Assembly (NCBI GenBank): GCA_964641955.1
Contig: CAZXNM010000006.1
Coordinates: 74,556 to 138,555, forward strand
Source of the DNA: an uncultured Planctomycetota bacterium
Lineage (GTDB): Bacteria; Planctomycetota; SKW154; DAOVDS01
DNA: 64,000 nt
Direction: 5' to 3'
This document shows, one piece after another, positions 35,918 through 44,792 of this stretch. Numbering within the stretch: position 1 is the first letter of the stretch; every line of letters starts with the position of its first letter. Made by a program: the position numbers and the translations under genes. A model generated the notes under the pieces. It searched no databases, was not told where the DNA came from, and saw only the letters and a program-made list of their open reading frames with translations.

Positions 35918-38304
35918 TGTCTTTCAGACAAAGTACTTGCAACATCAAGGTTCTAACCCTTATCGCCCTCGCGCTTTTTTTCTGCATTCTTCCGACTCCG
36001 GTCATTGCGCAGGAAACGCCGCACGAGCTTGCACAGAAGCTCAACAAGGCGAGCCGCGCCGAAACGTTGAAGATGTTTCCCGAACTGGAGAAACAGGGAC
36101 TTCTCGGTATCGAAGAGCAGGCCATACTGATTGACGGCGAAGTGAAAAAAGAATCGAGGTTCTTCTGCCACCTGCCACTTACAACCGAATCGAAAGCCGT
36201 CTATTATTCCTACAAGCTCAAGACAGGCACCGGGGACATACGCAGGCTGGCGGCAGAGAACCTTCGGCAGCATCCTGCCCAGGTCAAGGCGGTGTTTGAA
36301 GATCTTCTCGCCGCAGGGGAGCTCGACAAGCTGGACGAAGCGATTGGCATGATTTTCTCGTATGCGCACATAGGTATATTCGCCGATACTGATGCCGCTT
36401 ACTGCCTCTGCTGGTATAGCGGTGAGGAGAAGCAACAGGTTATAGAGCTTCCCGGCAAATTGGATGCGATAGTCATCACCACGCGCATGGCGCTGGCCGA
36501 CAAGCAGGACAGAGAGCCGGAACTTTCCGATTCGTTTGACTGGTGTCTGCAGCGGGGCCGGTTCGAGAAGAGCGGCAAGGAGCTTATCGAGGTCTTCGAG
36601 AGAAGGCTTAAGAACGCCAAAACGGAGCAATTCAAATTCGAGCTGAAGCTTGCGCTGACCTTTGTGCGCCAGGATGTGGACTCATTCTTTCGCATGTTGC
36701 TTGACGCACAGAGCGAAAATGCGTTCTGGCAGACCACACTGGGCTATATCGAAGAATTCCGCAAGCCCGAGGCACTCAAAAGCCTGCTGGGCAGGCTCCC
36801 CGAGTTCAAGAGCAATGCGGCTCTGGAAGACGTCCTTCCGCGACTGCGTCTGCTGGCCAAGAAACATCTTAGCCAAGAGCAGTGCTCAGGCCTGGCTTTT
36901 GAAAAGCTGCGGGACAAAGAATCTCAGGTGCTTGTCAGAAGATGGGCGGCCTGTCTCATAGCCGAGTGCGCGGGCAAGGAGGCCATCTCAAAACTAACGG
37001 AAATGACAGGGGCGATTGAAGAGGAAGGGCTTTTTGGCGAGATGCTTTCGAGTCTCTCCCTGCTGGCTGTGCGTCATCTCGGTCCGGAGGAAAAGGCAGA
37101 TATGGCGCTCGCCCTTCACAACAAGCACGGGGACAAGGTGAAATCCTGGATGAGCGACTTTCTCATGACGAACGCCGAGCGGAAACTGGCTCAACGACTC
37201 TACGACAGAGCGAAGGAAGAGAAGAACAAGGAAGCCAGAGCCCTGTATGAGTCTCTCGCGCTGGAAGTAACCAAGAAGTACCAGGAACTCGAGAGAGGTA
37301 TCGGGTTGGCCGGAGACGAGCGAACATGCACACCGGCGCTCAGGTGGCTTCACTTCCATCAGGACAGGCCAAGCGGCATGTGGGACGCGGACGGCTTCGA
37401 GAAGAACTGCGACCCCAAGTACGGCGTTCACTGCAGCGGCCACGGTGCCTCGGACCAGGACCTCGCCGCAACAGGCCTCGCGGTTCTGGCATACCTTGGA
37501 AACGGACATACGCACAGGGTCGGACTTTATAAAAAAACTGTTAAGTACTCGCTTGACTGGCTGACATCGCAGCAGGCCGAAAACGGCTCGTTCGGGAGCA
37601 AAGACTTTCAGAACTCGATAGAGCTGCAGGCAAAAGCGACAATGGCCTTGTGCGAAGCCTTCGCCGTCACAAGAGACTACAAGCTCCAACTGCCGAGCCA
37701 GAAAGCACTCAATTTTCTTCTTTCCAGGCGCCGGGTGGATGGAGGCTGGAAGAATGGCAATAAAAAAGGGCCTTCGGATATCGTCACCACGGCGTGGTGT
37801 GTTCTTGCCATGAAGGCGGCGAAAGCGGCGAGGCTGGACCTGCCACAGAGGGCCTTCAAGGAAGTGCTCGCCTTCTTAGATTCCAGGCTGCCGACGCTCC
37901 TGAAGGACAAATCGCCGTTCCAGGAAGGCAAGAAACTCACCGCCGCAGCCGCGGCTGCGATATCGGGCATATTCTGCGGGCGCTCAAGAAAGGACAAGAA
38001 GTTCGTAGAGCTGATAGAATACATAGATAAATCCCACCCCAACTGGAGCGATAAGGGAGGACCGGTCTACTGGTACTTCGGGACGTATGCTATGTTCATG
38101 ACCAACGGAGAGAAATGGCGCAACTGGTGCCTTGACATGAAGAGGGCGCTGCTGCCAACCCAGCGCACCGGCGGTTGCGCGGACGGCTCTTGGAACCCGG
38201 TCGGCCCGGACGCGAAAAAACTCGGCCGGGTCGGCACGACAACTCTTAATACACTCACTCTTGACATCTATGCTCGCTATGTCAGGGCAAATCCGGGCAA
38301 ATAA
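35917..38304 (+). CDS. Secreted two-domain protein, paralog C (same architecture). The ATG overlaps the stop of paralog B (TAATG).
   Basis: 'MSFRQSTCNIKVLTLIALALFFCILPTPVIAQE' signal peptide. 'LAQKLNKASRAETLKMFPELEKQGLLGI', 'LRWLHFHQDRPSGMWDADGFEKNCD', 'LLSRRRVDGGWKNG', 'IVTTAWCVLAMKAAKAARLDLP', 'CADGSWNPVGPDAKKLGRVGTTTL'. Confidence 0.65.
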   Translation: MSFRQSTCNIKVLTLIALALFFCILPTPVIAQETPHELAQKLNKASRAETLKMFPELEKQGLLGIEEQAILIDGEVKKESRFFCHLPLTTESKAVYYSYKLKTGTGDIRRLAAENLRQHPAQVKAVFEDLLAAGELDKLDEAIGMIFSYAHIGIFADTDAAYCLCWYSGEEKQQVIELPGKLDAIVITTRMALADKQDREPELSDSFDWCLQRGRFEKSGKELIEVFERRLKNAKTEQFKFELKLALTFVRQDVDSFFRMLLDAQSENAFWQTTLGYIEEFRKPEALKSLLGRLPEFKSNAALEDVLPRLRLLAKKHLSQEQCSGLAFEKLRDKESQVLVRRWAACLIAECAGKEAISKLTEMTGAIEEEGLFGEMLSSLSLLAVRHLGPEEKADMALALHNKHGDKVKSWMSDFLMTNAERKLAQRLYDRAKEEKNKEARALYESLALEVTKKYQELERGIGLAGDERTCTPALRWLHFHQDRPSGMWDADGFEKNCDPKYGVHCSGHGASDQDLAATGLAVLAYLGNGHTHRVGLYKKTVKYSLDWLTSQQAENGSFGSKDFQNSIELQAKATMALCEAFAVTRDYKLQLPSQKALNFLLSRRRVDGGWKNGNKKGPSDIVTTAWCVLAMKAAKAARLDLPQRAFKEVLAFLDSRLPTLLKDKSPFQEGKKLTAAAAAAISGIFCGRSRKDKKFVELIEYIDKSHPNWSDKGGPVYWYFGTYAMFMTNGEKWRNWCLDMKRALLPTQRTGGCADGSWNPVGPDAKKLGRVGTTTLNTLTLDIYARYVRANPGK

Positions 38305-38339
38305 AAAAGGGCTGGTTTTTCGAGAATGGGAGGTTGAAC

Positions 38340-39287
38340 TTGGGTAACTTGAAACTTGTGCTGATGCTTGCCGCGTGCCTGCTGCTCGCATTTGCCATCA
38401 TTCCCGGCTGCAGCGAAGAAAAGTCCGACGAGGAGAAAATGCAGGAAACGCTCCAGCAAATGAGAAAGGCGTTTGAGGAGAGAATATCGGAGGGGCAGGA
38501 GCCTCCGTCCGAACTCCTTGAGAAATCGGAATTTGCGGCGAAGGTCGGCAGTAAAAATTACCCGGAAGCGCAGGTACCAGAGGGGAAACAGCTTTTCCGC
38601 TGGGATTTCTCGAAGAAACGCAAATTCGCGTACGACTATGAACAGACCGTGAAAACGAACAATATGGGCACTAACATCAACATGGATGCCACGGCAACCA
38701 TCTCGATGAACACGAAAGGCGACAAAACCGCTACGCTCGTGTTCAAGGACATGAAGACGAGCATGTTTGCCGGAATGAAGCAGCCGCCAGTTGTCTTGCA
38801 GGGGGTCACTGAAGATTCGAAGCTGCCCGGCGGAATCCCAACGCAGGCTGACATGGTCAAGCTGCTCTTCCCCCTGCCCGACAAGCTGCTCGCCGTCGGC
38901 GAATCGGCCTCAGTGCCCACCCGGATGCCTTTCAACGCCTATGGTTCCTTGCTGTGGGTGGAGGGCGAAACGAAAATAACGCTCGCGAAATACGTCACAA
39001 TCGACGACCACATCTGCGCAAAGTTCGATTTGCAGATAGATATATCAAGGATTGACGTGCCGGAAGAGCTGGGCGGGGAATACAGGTGCTCGACTAAGGG
39101 AACCGGCGTAACGTATTTCGACACGAAGGACAGGTGCTTCCACTCGGGCGAAATGGCCATAGTGATGAGCGTGCGAACAAAGCCTCCCGAGGATTCGCCA
39201 ATGCAGGTGAGCATGGCCACGGATTCGGACAACCTGATGAAGTTTGCACGCAACAAGGATAAGGAAAAAGAGGAGAAGAAGGATTAG
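38340..39287 (+). CDS. Hypothetical lipoprotein (lipobox 'AIIPGCS'), Lys/Glu-rich C-terminus
   Basis: GGGAGG RBS at 38327-38332. The in-frame TTG at 38340 or ATG at 38364 is the likely start (tracked ORF from 38334). Signal peptide 'LKLVLMLAACLLLAFAIIPGC'. Confidence 0.5.
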   Translation: MGNLKLVLMLAACLLLAFAIIPGCSEEKSDEEKMQETLQQMRKAFEERISEGQEPPSELLEKSEFAAKVGSKNYPEAQVPEGKQLFRWDFSKKRKFAYDYEQTVKTNNMGTNINMDATATISMNTKGDKTATLVFKDMKTSMFAGMKQPPVVLQGVTEDSKLPGGIPTQADMVKLLFPLPDKLLAVGESASVPTRMPFNAYGSLLWVEGETKITLAKYVTIDDHICAKFDLQIDISRIDVPEELGGEYRCSTKGTGVTYFDTKDRCFHSGEMAIVMSVRTKPPEDSPMQVSMATDSDNLMKFARNKDKEKEEKKD

Positions 39288-40453
39288 CCCTCGTCCTGCC
39301 GTCCCCTTGAGGCCAGCGCGGCAGCGTAGACTTCTTTTACAGCAGCATTCGCTTCCTTTGCAACTCTCGCGCAGGACTCGTACTCCGGCGAAGCTGTGAC
39401 AACCTCTCCGTCGAGCAGACCCAGCTTGACCTGGACGGGGCCGTACTGAGTCTGGACCGTTTCTGTACGGCGTTCGAGTTCCGAGCGCTCGACGCGATAC
39501 CGCCGCACACCGAAGGTCGTTGTGTGCCTAAAGAACGCTCTCTCGACCACGGGAAGCACGCCCTCCGGGCACAGCGCAGTCAGGACCACGCCGGGGCGCG
39601 ATTTCTTCATCTGGATCGGAGTCGCGCAGACATCGAGCGCCCCGGCAGCGAACAACGCTTCGCTCGCCTGCGAATATAGTTCCGGGTTCATGTCGTCAAT
39701 GTTCGCCTCAACTACCATAACGGCGGGCGCTCGCTCGCTCGCTTCGCCGAGAGTCACTCGCAGAATATTGGGCCGGTTCTGGTCGTCCCTCTGCCCTGCT
39801 CCGCAACCGGTCGCGCCAAGCGTGAATGCCGGAATATCCTGCGTAAACTCGCAAAGGGCCGCCAGGAGCGCAGCGCCGGTCGGTGTGACAAGCTCCGAGC
39901 GCTGTGTCGTGAACCTGACGGGAAGGCCGGCCAGGAGCTTCAGGGTCGCAGGCGCGGGACACGGCAGGTTTCCGTGGTCACAGGCAATCTCCCCGCTTCC
40001 AAGAGGAATCTCACGGCAGTAGAACTTTTCGATTCCGAGCAGTTCCGCCGCGATGCACGTTCCAACGATGTCGATAATCGAGTCAACCGCCCCGACTTCG
40101 TGGAAGTGGACTTCTTCGGGTTGCGTGCCATGTACTTCGGCCTCGGCTTTTGCCAGAGCTTCGAAGACGGCTGCTGCCCGCTCTTTCACACCTGCTGAAA
40201 GACCGCTGCCGTTGATTATTTCCAGAACGCCTGCGAGCTTCCTGTGGGGCTGGTCCTCCTTGACAATAACTTCGACGGAAGATGCCGAGATAACGCCGCG
40301 GGTCGTGCGGCCTGTTTCCATTTGCCATCCCGAGAGACCGAGCATGGACAGCGCATTGCGCAGCGCGTCTTCCCGAGCGCCGGCATCGAGGAGCGCGCCG
40401 AGGAACATGTCCCCGCTCGCCCCGCCGAACGGCTCAACCAGCGCTATCCTCAT
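39284..40453 (-). CDS. larC: LarC-family nickel-pincer cofactor nickel-insertion protein (DUF111)
   Basis: 'MRIALVEPFGGASGDMFLGALLDAGA' is the hallmark DUF111/LarC N-terminus. The stop overlaps, convergently, the stop of the lipoprotein gene (4-nt overlap). Confidence 0.7.
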   Translation of the reverse strand: MRIALVEPFGGASGDMFLGALLDAGAREDALRNALSMLGLSGWQMETGRTTRGVISASSVEVIVKEDQPHRKLAGVLEIINGSGLSAGVKERAAAVFEALAKAEAEVHGTQPEEVHFHEVGAVDSIIDIVGTCIAAELLGIEKFYCREIPLGSGEIACDHGNLPCPAPATLKLLAGLPVRFTTQRSELVTPTGAALLAALCEFTQDIPAFTLGATGCGAGQRDDQNRPNILRVTLGEASERAPAVMVVEANIDDMNPELYSQASEALFAAGALDVCATPIQMKKSRPGVVLTALCPEGVLPVVERAFFRHTTTFGVRRYRVERSELERRTETVQTQYGPVQVKLGLLDGEVVTASPEYESCARVAKEANAAVKEVYAAALASRGRQDEG

Positions 40454-41100
40454 GCCTTCTCCTTCCCGACTTCCAGGATAAACCCTACTACATTGTCGCA
40501 GAGTTCGTTCAGGCTTTCAACACCCGAGAAGAAATGGTCGCATCCCTTAAGAAGCAGCGTTTCTGGCTGGCGGCGGAAAGTCGCGAAACGCCCGACGTTT
40601 TCAAGACGGCTGATATCGTCCCTGTCGCCCGCGGCCAGAAGCGTGGGAACAGCTATTTCAATCGGTGCTGCTCCATAGATTTCATGGCTTGTTTCTGTCG
40701 GCAGCGCGACTGCGCCGAAGCCGACCGCTTCCGATTCGCCCAGCGCCCTGAGCGCAACCGCCGCGCCGAACGAATAACCGACAAGCACCTGCGCGCCGCG
40801 CCCGCACTCCGACGCTAAATGCTTCAGCGCTCCGAGCACATCCCCCGTCTCGCCGCTTCCGCCATCGTAGGAGCCTTTCGAGCCGCCGACGCCGCGGAAA
40901 TTGAATCGCAGAACCGAGAGCCCGGCGTGCCCGATGGCATCGAACAGCGCCGAAACGACGCTGCTGTTCATGCTGCCGCCGTAGAGCGAATGAGGATGAC
41001 AGAGCACCACACCTGGAGAGCGTCCGCAGCGGATTTCTCCCTCGAGCACGGCTCCGTCGAAGGCGGAGATAAAACTGGTTGTTCTTGCCTTGTCACCCAT
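40450..41100 (-). CDS. Alpha/beta-fold hydrolase (serine hydrolase, GxSxG)
   Basis: 'VLVGYSFGAAVAL' (nucleophile elbow GYSFG), 'LAAGDRDD' (acid), 'KGCDHFF' (His). Start chosen at 'MGDKARTT' (ATG at 41100). 4-nt overlap with the larC start. Confidence 0.65.
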   Translation of the reverse strand: MGDKARTTSFISAFDGAVLEGEIRCGRSPGVVLCHPHSLYGGSMNSSVVSALFDAIGHAGLSVLRFNFRGVGGSKGSYDGGSGETGDVLGALKHLASECGRGAQVLVGYSFGAAVALRALGESEAVGFGAVALPTETSHEIYGAAPIEIAVPTLLAAGDRDDISRLENVGRFATFRRQPETLLLKGCDHFFSGVESLNELCDNVVGFILEVGKEKA

Positions 41101-41218
41101 ATTCTTTCGTCCCGCCAATTCGGCAATGGTATCACAGAAATGCCGTCGATTCTCGTGCAAAAGCCCGGATGTTCCGCCACACCGGTGGAAAAATATTCAA
41201 AATTCACTAAAAAGTCTT

Positions 41219-41247
41219 TTGCCAAACATGCGGCTTATTTGTTAAAT
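41219..41247 (+). promoter_or_regulatory. Candidate sigma70-type promoter upstream of lexA: -35 TTGCCA (41219-41224), 17-nt spacer, -10 TTAAAT (41242-41247)
   Basis: Read directly from the sequence. A partially palindromic 'TCATCATATGGCATCA' lies immediately downstream (41248-41263) and could be an operator, unverified. Confidence 0.3.
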
Positions 41248-41318
41248 CATCATATGGCATCAAGTGCAAGCTGGGTATCTTGGTGCGTTGCGGGCGCCGC
41301 AGAGAAGGGCAGGACAAG

Positions 41319-41936
41319 TTGAAAAACCTCACCAAGAAGCAGCGGCAGGTCTTCGATTTCATCAGATCCCAGATTGTCAGTACCAACAGGCCGCCCACAA
41401 TCCGCGAGATAGGCATGGAATTCAACATGAGTTCCACCGGGTCTGTCCGGGATGTTTTGCGTGCACTGGTCAAGAAAGGCTTCATCCAGAAGGATGCGCA
41501 CGTCTCCCGCGGCATACGCATCAAGCGCGGGCCGGGGCCTTTGAGCGGGGAGATAATCGAAGTCCCCGTAGTCGGCAAAATCGCCGCCGGCTCTCACATA
41601 AGCGCATACGAGAACGTCGGGGAATCCCTTAAAATTGACAAGAACATGGTGCCCGAGGGCGACGTCTTCGTCGTGAGAGTCAAGGGCAAGTCGATGATAG
41701 AGGCCGGCATAGACAACGCCGATTACGCCTTTATCCGCAGGCAGTCCACGTGCCGCCCCGGACAGATAATAGCCGTTCTGCTCGATGACGAAGTGACGCT
41801 CAAGGAATTCACGCGCATGGGTGAAAAGATCACACTGCGCCCCAGGAATAAAAGATTTAAGACTCTGGTAATGGATCCCAAGAAGTTCAGGAAAGCCATC
41901 CTCGGGGTGCTCGTCGGGATGTACCGCCGGTTCTGA
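41319..41936 (+). CDS. lexA: LexA repressor (HTH + S24 peptidase domain)
   Basis: TTG start giving '(M)KNLTKKQRQVFDFIRSQI' (LexA-typical N-terminus). Cleavage-site region 'VVGKIAAGSHISAYE', catalytic 'VKGKSMIEAGI' (Ser) and 'FTRMGEKITLRPRNKRF' (Lys). Confidence 0.8.
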   Translation: MKNLTKKQRQVFDFIRSQIVSTNRPPTIREIGMEFNMSSTGSVRDVLRALVKKGFIQKDAHVSRGIRIKRGPGPLSGEIIEVPVVGKIAAGSHISAYENVGESLKIDKNMVPEGDVFVVRVKGKSMIEAGIDNADYAFIRRQSTCRPGQIIAVLLDDEVTLKEFTRMGEKITLRPRNKRFKTLVMDPKKFRKAILGVLVGMYRRF

Positions 41937-41945
41937 GGGCCGAAA

Positions 41946-43301
41946 CTACTTCGATATATTCAGCTTCTCCAGCGCCTGCTTGAAGCCGTCCAGGTTGTCG
42001 TTCCACTTCTCCGGCGGACTTTGCATCCTCAGTACATATATATGATGCGAGGTTACGACGACATCGAGCCGCACCTTCTGCACACCGGTAGCGATTTTCG
42101 ACTTAGGCTCGGAGCCGGCGTAAATTATCCGGAAGCCCGGATACTTCCCGAGCTTCAGGCGCTCGCTGCCCTCGATTTTCAGCCCCTGTACCCGGTCTTT
42201 CAGGTCCCGAAGGAACTGGAAGTACAGCTCTTCGACGCCAAGCGGAAGCTGGTTGGCATATACCGTCACGCTTATCCTGCCGCCGGTTCTCGTGCGCTTG
42301 TAGACGACGCACTCGCCCTCCACGGGCGCCCTGTCTGCGTCCATCGTCCAGTCGGACCCCGGCCTCTTAATGGAAAACTTGAGCAGCTTGCTGGAATACC
42401 CGCCGTTGGGCTTCTTGCGGCCCGTGTACTCGACCTTCTGCCTGAGCACCCACGCCTGCCATTCCTTCTCAGCCGATGCAAGGTCCTTTCCCAGGTGCTT
42501 CTGCAGCAGCTTCTCGAGTTCGCCCTTCTCGTATGCGCGCTCGCGCAGGTTCTGCAACAGCTCGTCGAGCACTGCCCGATACTTGGCATCGGTTTTTACC
42601 AGCCACCAGACAAAAAGCCCGGCGTAGGCGTACGAGCGCCGCGAGAAATCCTTCGCCTCGTCGCCAACGACATCGGCGAGCTTCATGCCCTTCTTGTTCT
42701 TGAGTTCCAGCTTCACCTGCAGCAGCCGGTCGCGCGACGGCTTCTTGAGCGAAAGCTCGCCTTTTTTCTCAACCTCGGTTCCCTCGAAGAGAACCGCCAT
42801 TCCTTCAAGAAGCCACTTTGGGGTCCCGTAATACGATTTTAAAAATAGATGCTGGAAGGCGTGCGTGCCCTCGTGCGCGAGGATGGTGAAAGTCGAGCCC
42901 GAGACGCCGAACAGCCCGTGATAGGTGTAAATCCGCTTGTCGCCCGGCCAGTAGAATCCGGCCGTGTATTCCCTCTTGTTCGCATGGCGTTTCTGGAACT
43001 CGCTTCTCGTGCTGTAGACCCACGCTTCCCACTTCATCTCCTTCGTGGCGAGGTTCGGGAACGTCTCGTTGTAGAGCACGAAAAGCTTCTCCAGAAGCTC
43101 GGCGTAGCGCTTGGTGATTTCCTTCGTCGAGTTGCATCTGACGGTGTAGTGCTCGGTCTGCTCGACGTGCGCCTTGTCCCACGGCAGTCCTTCATACTCC
43201 TTGCGCAGCTCCTCGTCCGACTTCTCCTGAGCGAAGATGGGCAAGCTCACAAGAACCACGACAACTGCCAGAATCATTCGCGTGAGATTGGTTGCTTTCA
43301 T
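41946..43301 (-). CDS. Secreted HExxH-motif protein (putative zinc metallopeptidase-like; DUF1570-like in my recollection)
   Basis: Signal peptide 'MKATNLTRMILAVVVVLVSLPIFAQE'. 'FTILAHEGTHAFQHLF' (HExxH plus downstream His). Confidence 0.55.
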   Translation of the reverse strand: MKATNLTRMILAVVVVLVSLPIFAQEKSDEELRKEYEGLPWDKAHVEQTEHYTVRCNSTKEITKRYAELLEKLFVLYNETFPNLATKEMKWEAWVYSTRSEFQKRHANKREYTAGFYWPGDKRIYTYHGLFGVSGSTFTILAHEGTHAFQHLFLKSYYGTPKWLLEGMAVLFEGTEVEKKGELSLKKPSRDRLLQVKLELKNKKGMKLADVVGDEAKDFSRRSYAYAGLFVWWLVKTDAKYRAVLDELLQNLRERAYEKGELEKLLQKHLGKDLASAEKEWQAWVLRQKVEYTGRKKPNGGYSSKLLKFSIKRPGSDWTMDADRAPVEGECVVYKRTRTGGRISVTVYANQLPLGVEELYFQFLRDLKDRVQGLKIEGSERLKLGKYPGFRIIYAGSEPKSKIATGVQKVRLDVVVTSHHIYVLRMQSPPEKWNDNLDGFKQALEKLNISK

Positions 43302-43411
43302 TTCATCCTGTTAGACAACTTGTGCCGCCTGTTATTCATCTTCATTGTACCGCATGCAATCCGGTTTCTCAACTTGCCGTATGCATACAATCTATGTAGA
43401 ATGGGGCTTCC

Positions 43412-44773
43412 ATGCTGAAATCGAAAGGGGCCGGTTTGGAAATCAACGTTGACATGCATTCGCACTCCGGCTATGCCGGCGGGGTCGGGGATATAGCACT
43501 CGGCGATATCGCCGTCAGCATGAAGAAGAAGGGCATCCACATCTTCGGCACCGGCGACTGCCTCCACCCCGGATGGAACGCGAAGCTGCAGGAAAGCCTC
43601 GAAGAGCGCGAAAACGGCCTTTTCGCGCTGCGCGGGACAAACGAAAACCCCGACGCCAGGTTCCTGCTGCAGACTGAAATCATAATCACAGCCGCCACGG
43701 CAGTCACGCCCGGCAGGAAGAACGTCCACTGCGTCTTCCTCTTTCCTTCATTCGAGGCCTGCGAAAGCGCCGTGGAGCTCCTCGAAAGCTGGGGAGTCAA
43801 GAACACTATCGGCCGGCCGTTCCTGAAATGCGAAGGACCCGACGATGTGGCGGCGAAGGTCGCGAAACTGCTTGACCTCAACCCCGGCATTGAGATGATA
43901 CCCGCCCACGTAATGACGCCGCAGGGCGTTTTCGGCTCGGCCAATCCGGTGAACCGGCTCTCCGACTTCTTCGGCGAAGCGGTCGAGCGAATCAACGCGG
44001 TCGAGACAGGCCTTTCGGCAGATCCGGTCGTGCTCGACCTTATCCCCGAGCTTGACGAGATTGCGCTCGTGTCCTGTTCCGACTGCCATTCCGCCGCCAG
44101 CAACCGCCTTGGACGCGAATTCACGGCTTTCAAGGTCGAGGATTTCTCCTACCCGGCGCTGCTTGAGGCTATCAAGTTCCGCAAAGTAGCATGGACAGCC
44201 GAGTTCAACCCAGGCGAAGGAAAATACTTTCTCAGCGGCCACCGCGCCGGCAAGCAGGGCCACGACGACGGCTACTGCGTCTACTCGCCGGACAAGACGC
44301 CGGAGGATGGGCGCTGCCCCATCTGCGGCAAGGCGATTACGATAGGCGTGCTGGAGCGCGCGTTCCAGATTTCGAAGGCGCAAGGTGCCGACCGCGAACT
44401 GAAAAAGGAATCCAAACGTCGCTTTGTGCACATGGTGCCACTCTCGGAAGTCGTCGCTTACAGCCTCGGCGTCGCCAATCCCAACTCGAAGAAGGTTGCC
44501 CAGCTCTACGAGAAGGTCGTGGCTGCCTTCGGGACCGAGATAGAACTCTGGAAGGTCGAGCCGCACACTGTCCGCGAATTGCTCGAAGGCGTTGTGCCGC
44601 AGGATGTTACGGACACCATTGTCGAGATAAAGAGTGACAATTTCACGTTCGAGCCGCTGGGATTCGACGGGTCTTACGGCAAGCTGGTGGTGGGCCGCAC
44701 CTCGCCCTGGTTCGGCGTCTCGACCGTCAAAATGCCCCAACCGCCTACTAAGGAACAACACTCCTTCTTTTAG
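43412..44773 (+). CDS. PHP-domain (polymerase/histidinol phosphatase) protein with inserted Cys4 zinc finger; endonuclease Q-like architecture
   Basis: N-terminal 'INVDMHSHSGYAGG' (PHP motif I, DxHxHS). Later 'VSCSDCHS' and 'GRCPICGKAI' give CxxC...CxxC. Size 453 aa matches EndoQ-type proteins. Assignment to EndoQ is inference. Confidence 0.5.
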   Translation: MLKSKGAGLEINVDMHSHSGYAGGVGDIALGDIAVSMKKKGIHIFGTGDCLHPGWNAKLQESLEERENGLFALRGTNENPDARFLLQTEIIITAATAVTPGRKNVHCVFLFPSFEACESAVELLESWGVKNTIGRPFLKCEGPDDVAAKVAKLLDLNPGIEMIPAHVMTPQGVFGSANPVNRLSDFFGEAVERINAVETGLSADPVVLDLIPELDEIALVSCSDCHSAASNRLGREFTAFKVEDFSYPALLEAIKFRKVAWTAEFNPGEGKYFLSGHRAGKQGHDDGYCVYSPDKTPEDGRCPICGKAITIGVLERAFQISKAQGADRELKKESKRRFVHMVPLSEVVAYSLGVANPNSKKVAQLYEKVVAAFGTEIELWKVEPHTVRELLEGVVPQDVTDTIVEIKSDNFTFEPLGFDGSYGKLVVGRTSPWFGVSTVKMPQPPTKEQHSFF

Positions 44774-44792
44774 CAGCTTACCTAGAGTCCTG

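Noticed and set aside
31219-38304. Alpha-2-macroglobulin-type thioester (CxEQ) in the alpha/alpha-toroid domains of the three secreted paralogs
   Set aside because: Searched the three sequences by eye. No CGEQ/CLEQ motif. The conserved Cys pair ('NCD...C') does not fit a thioester site.
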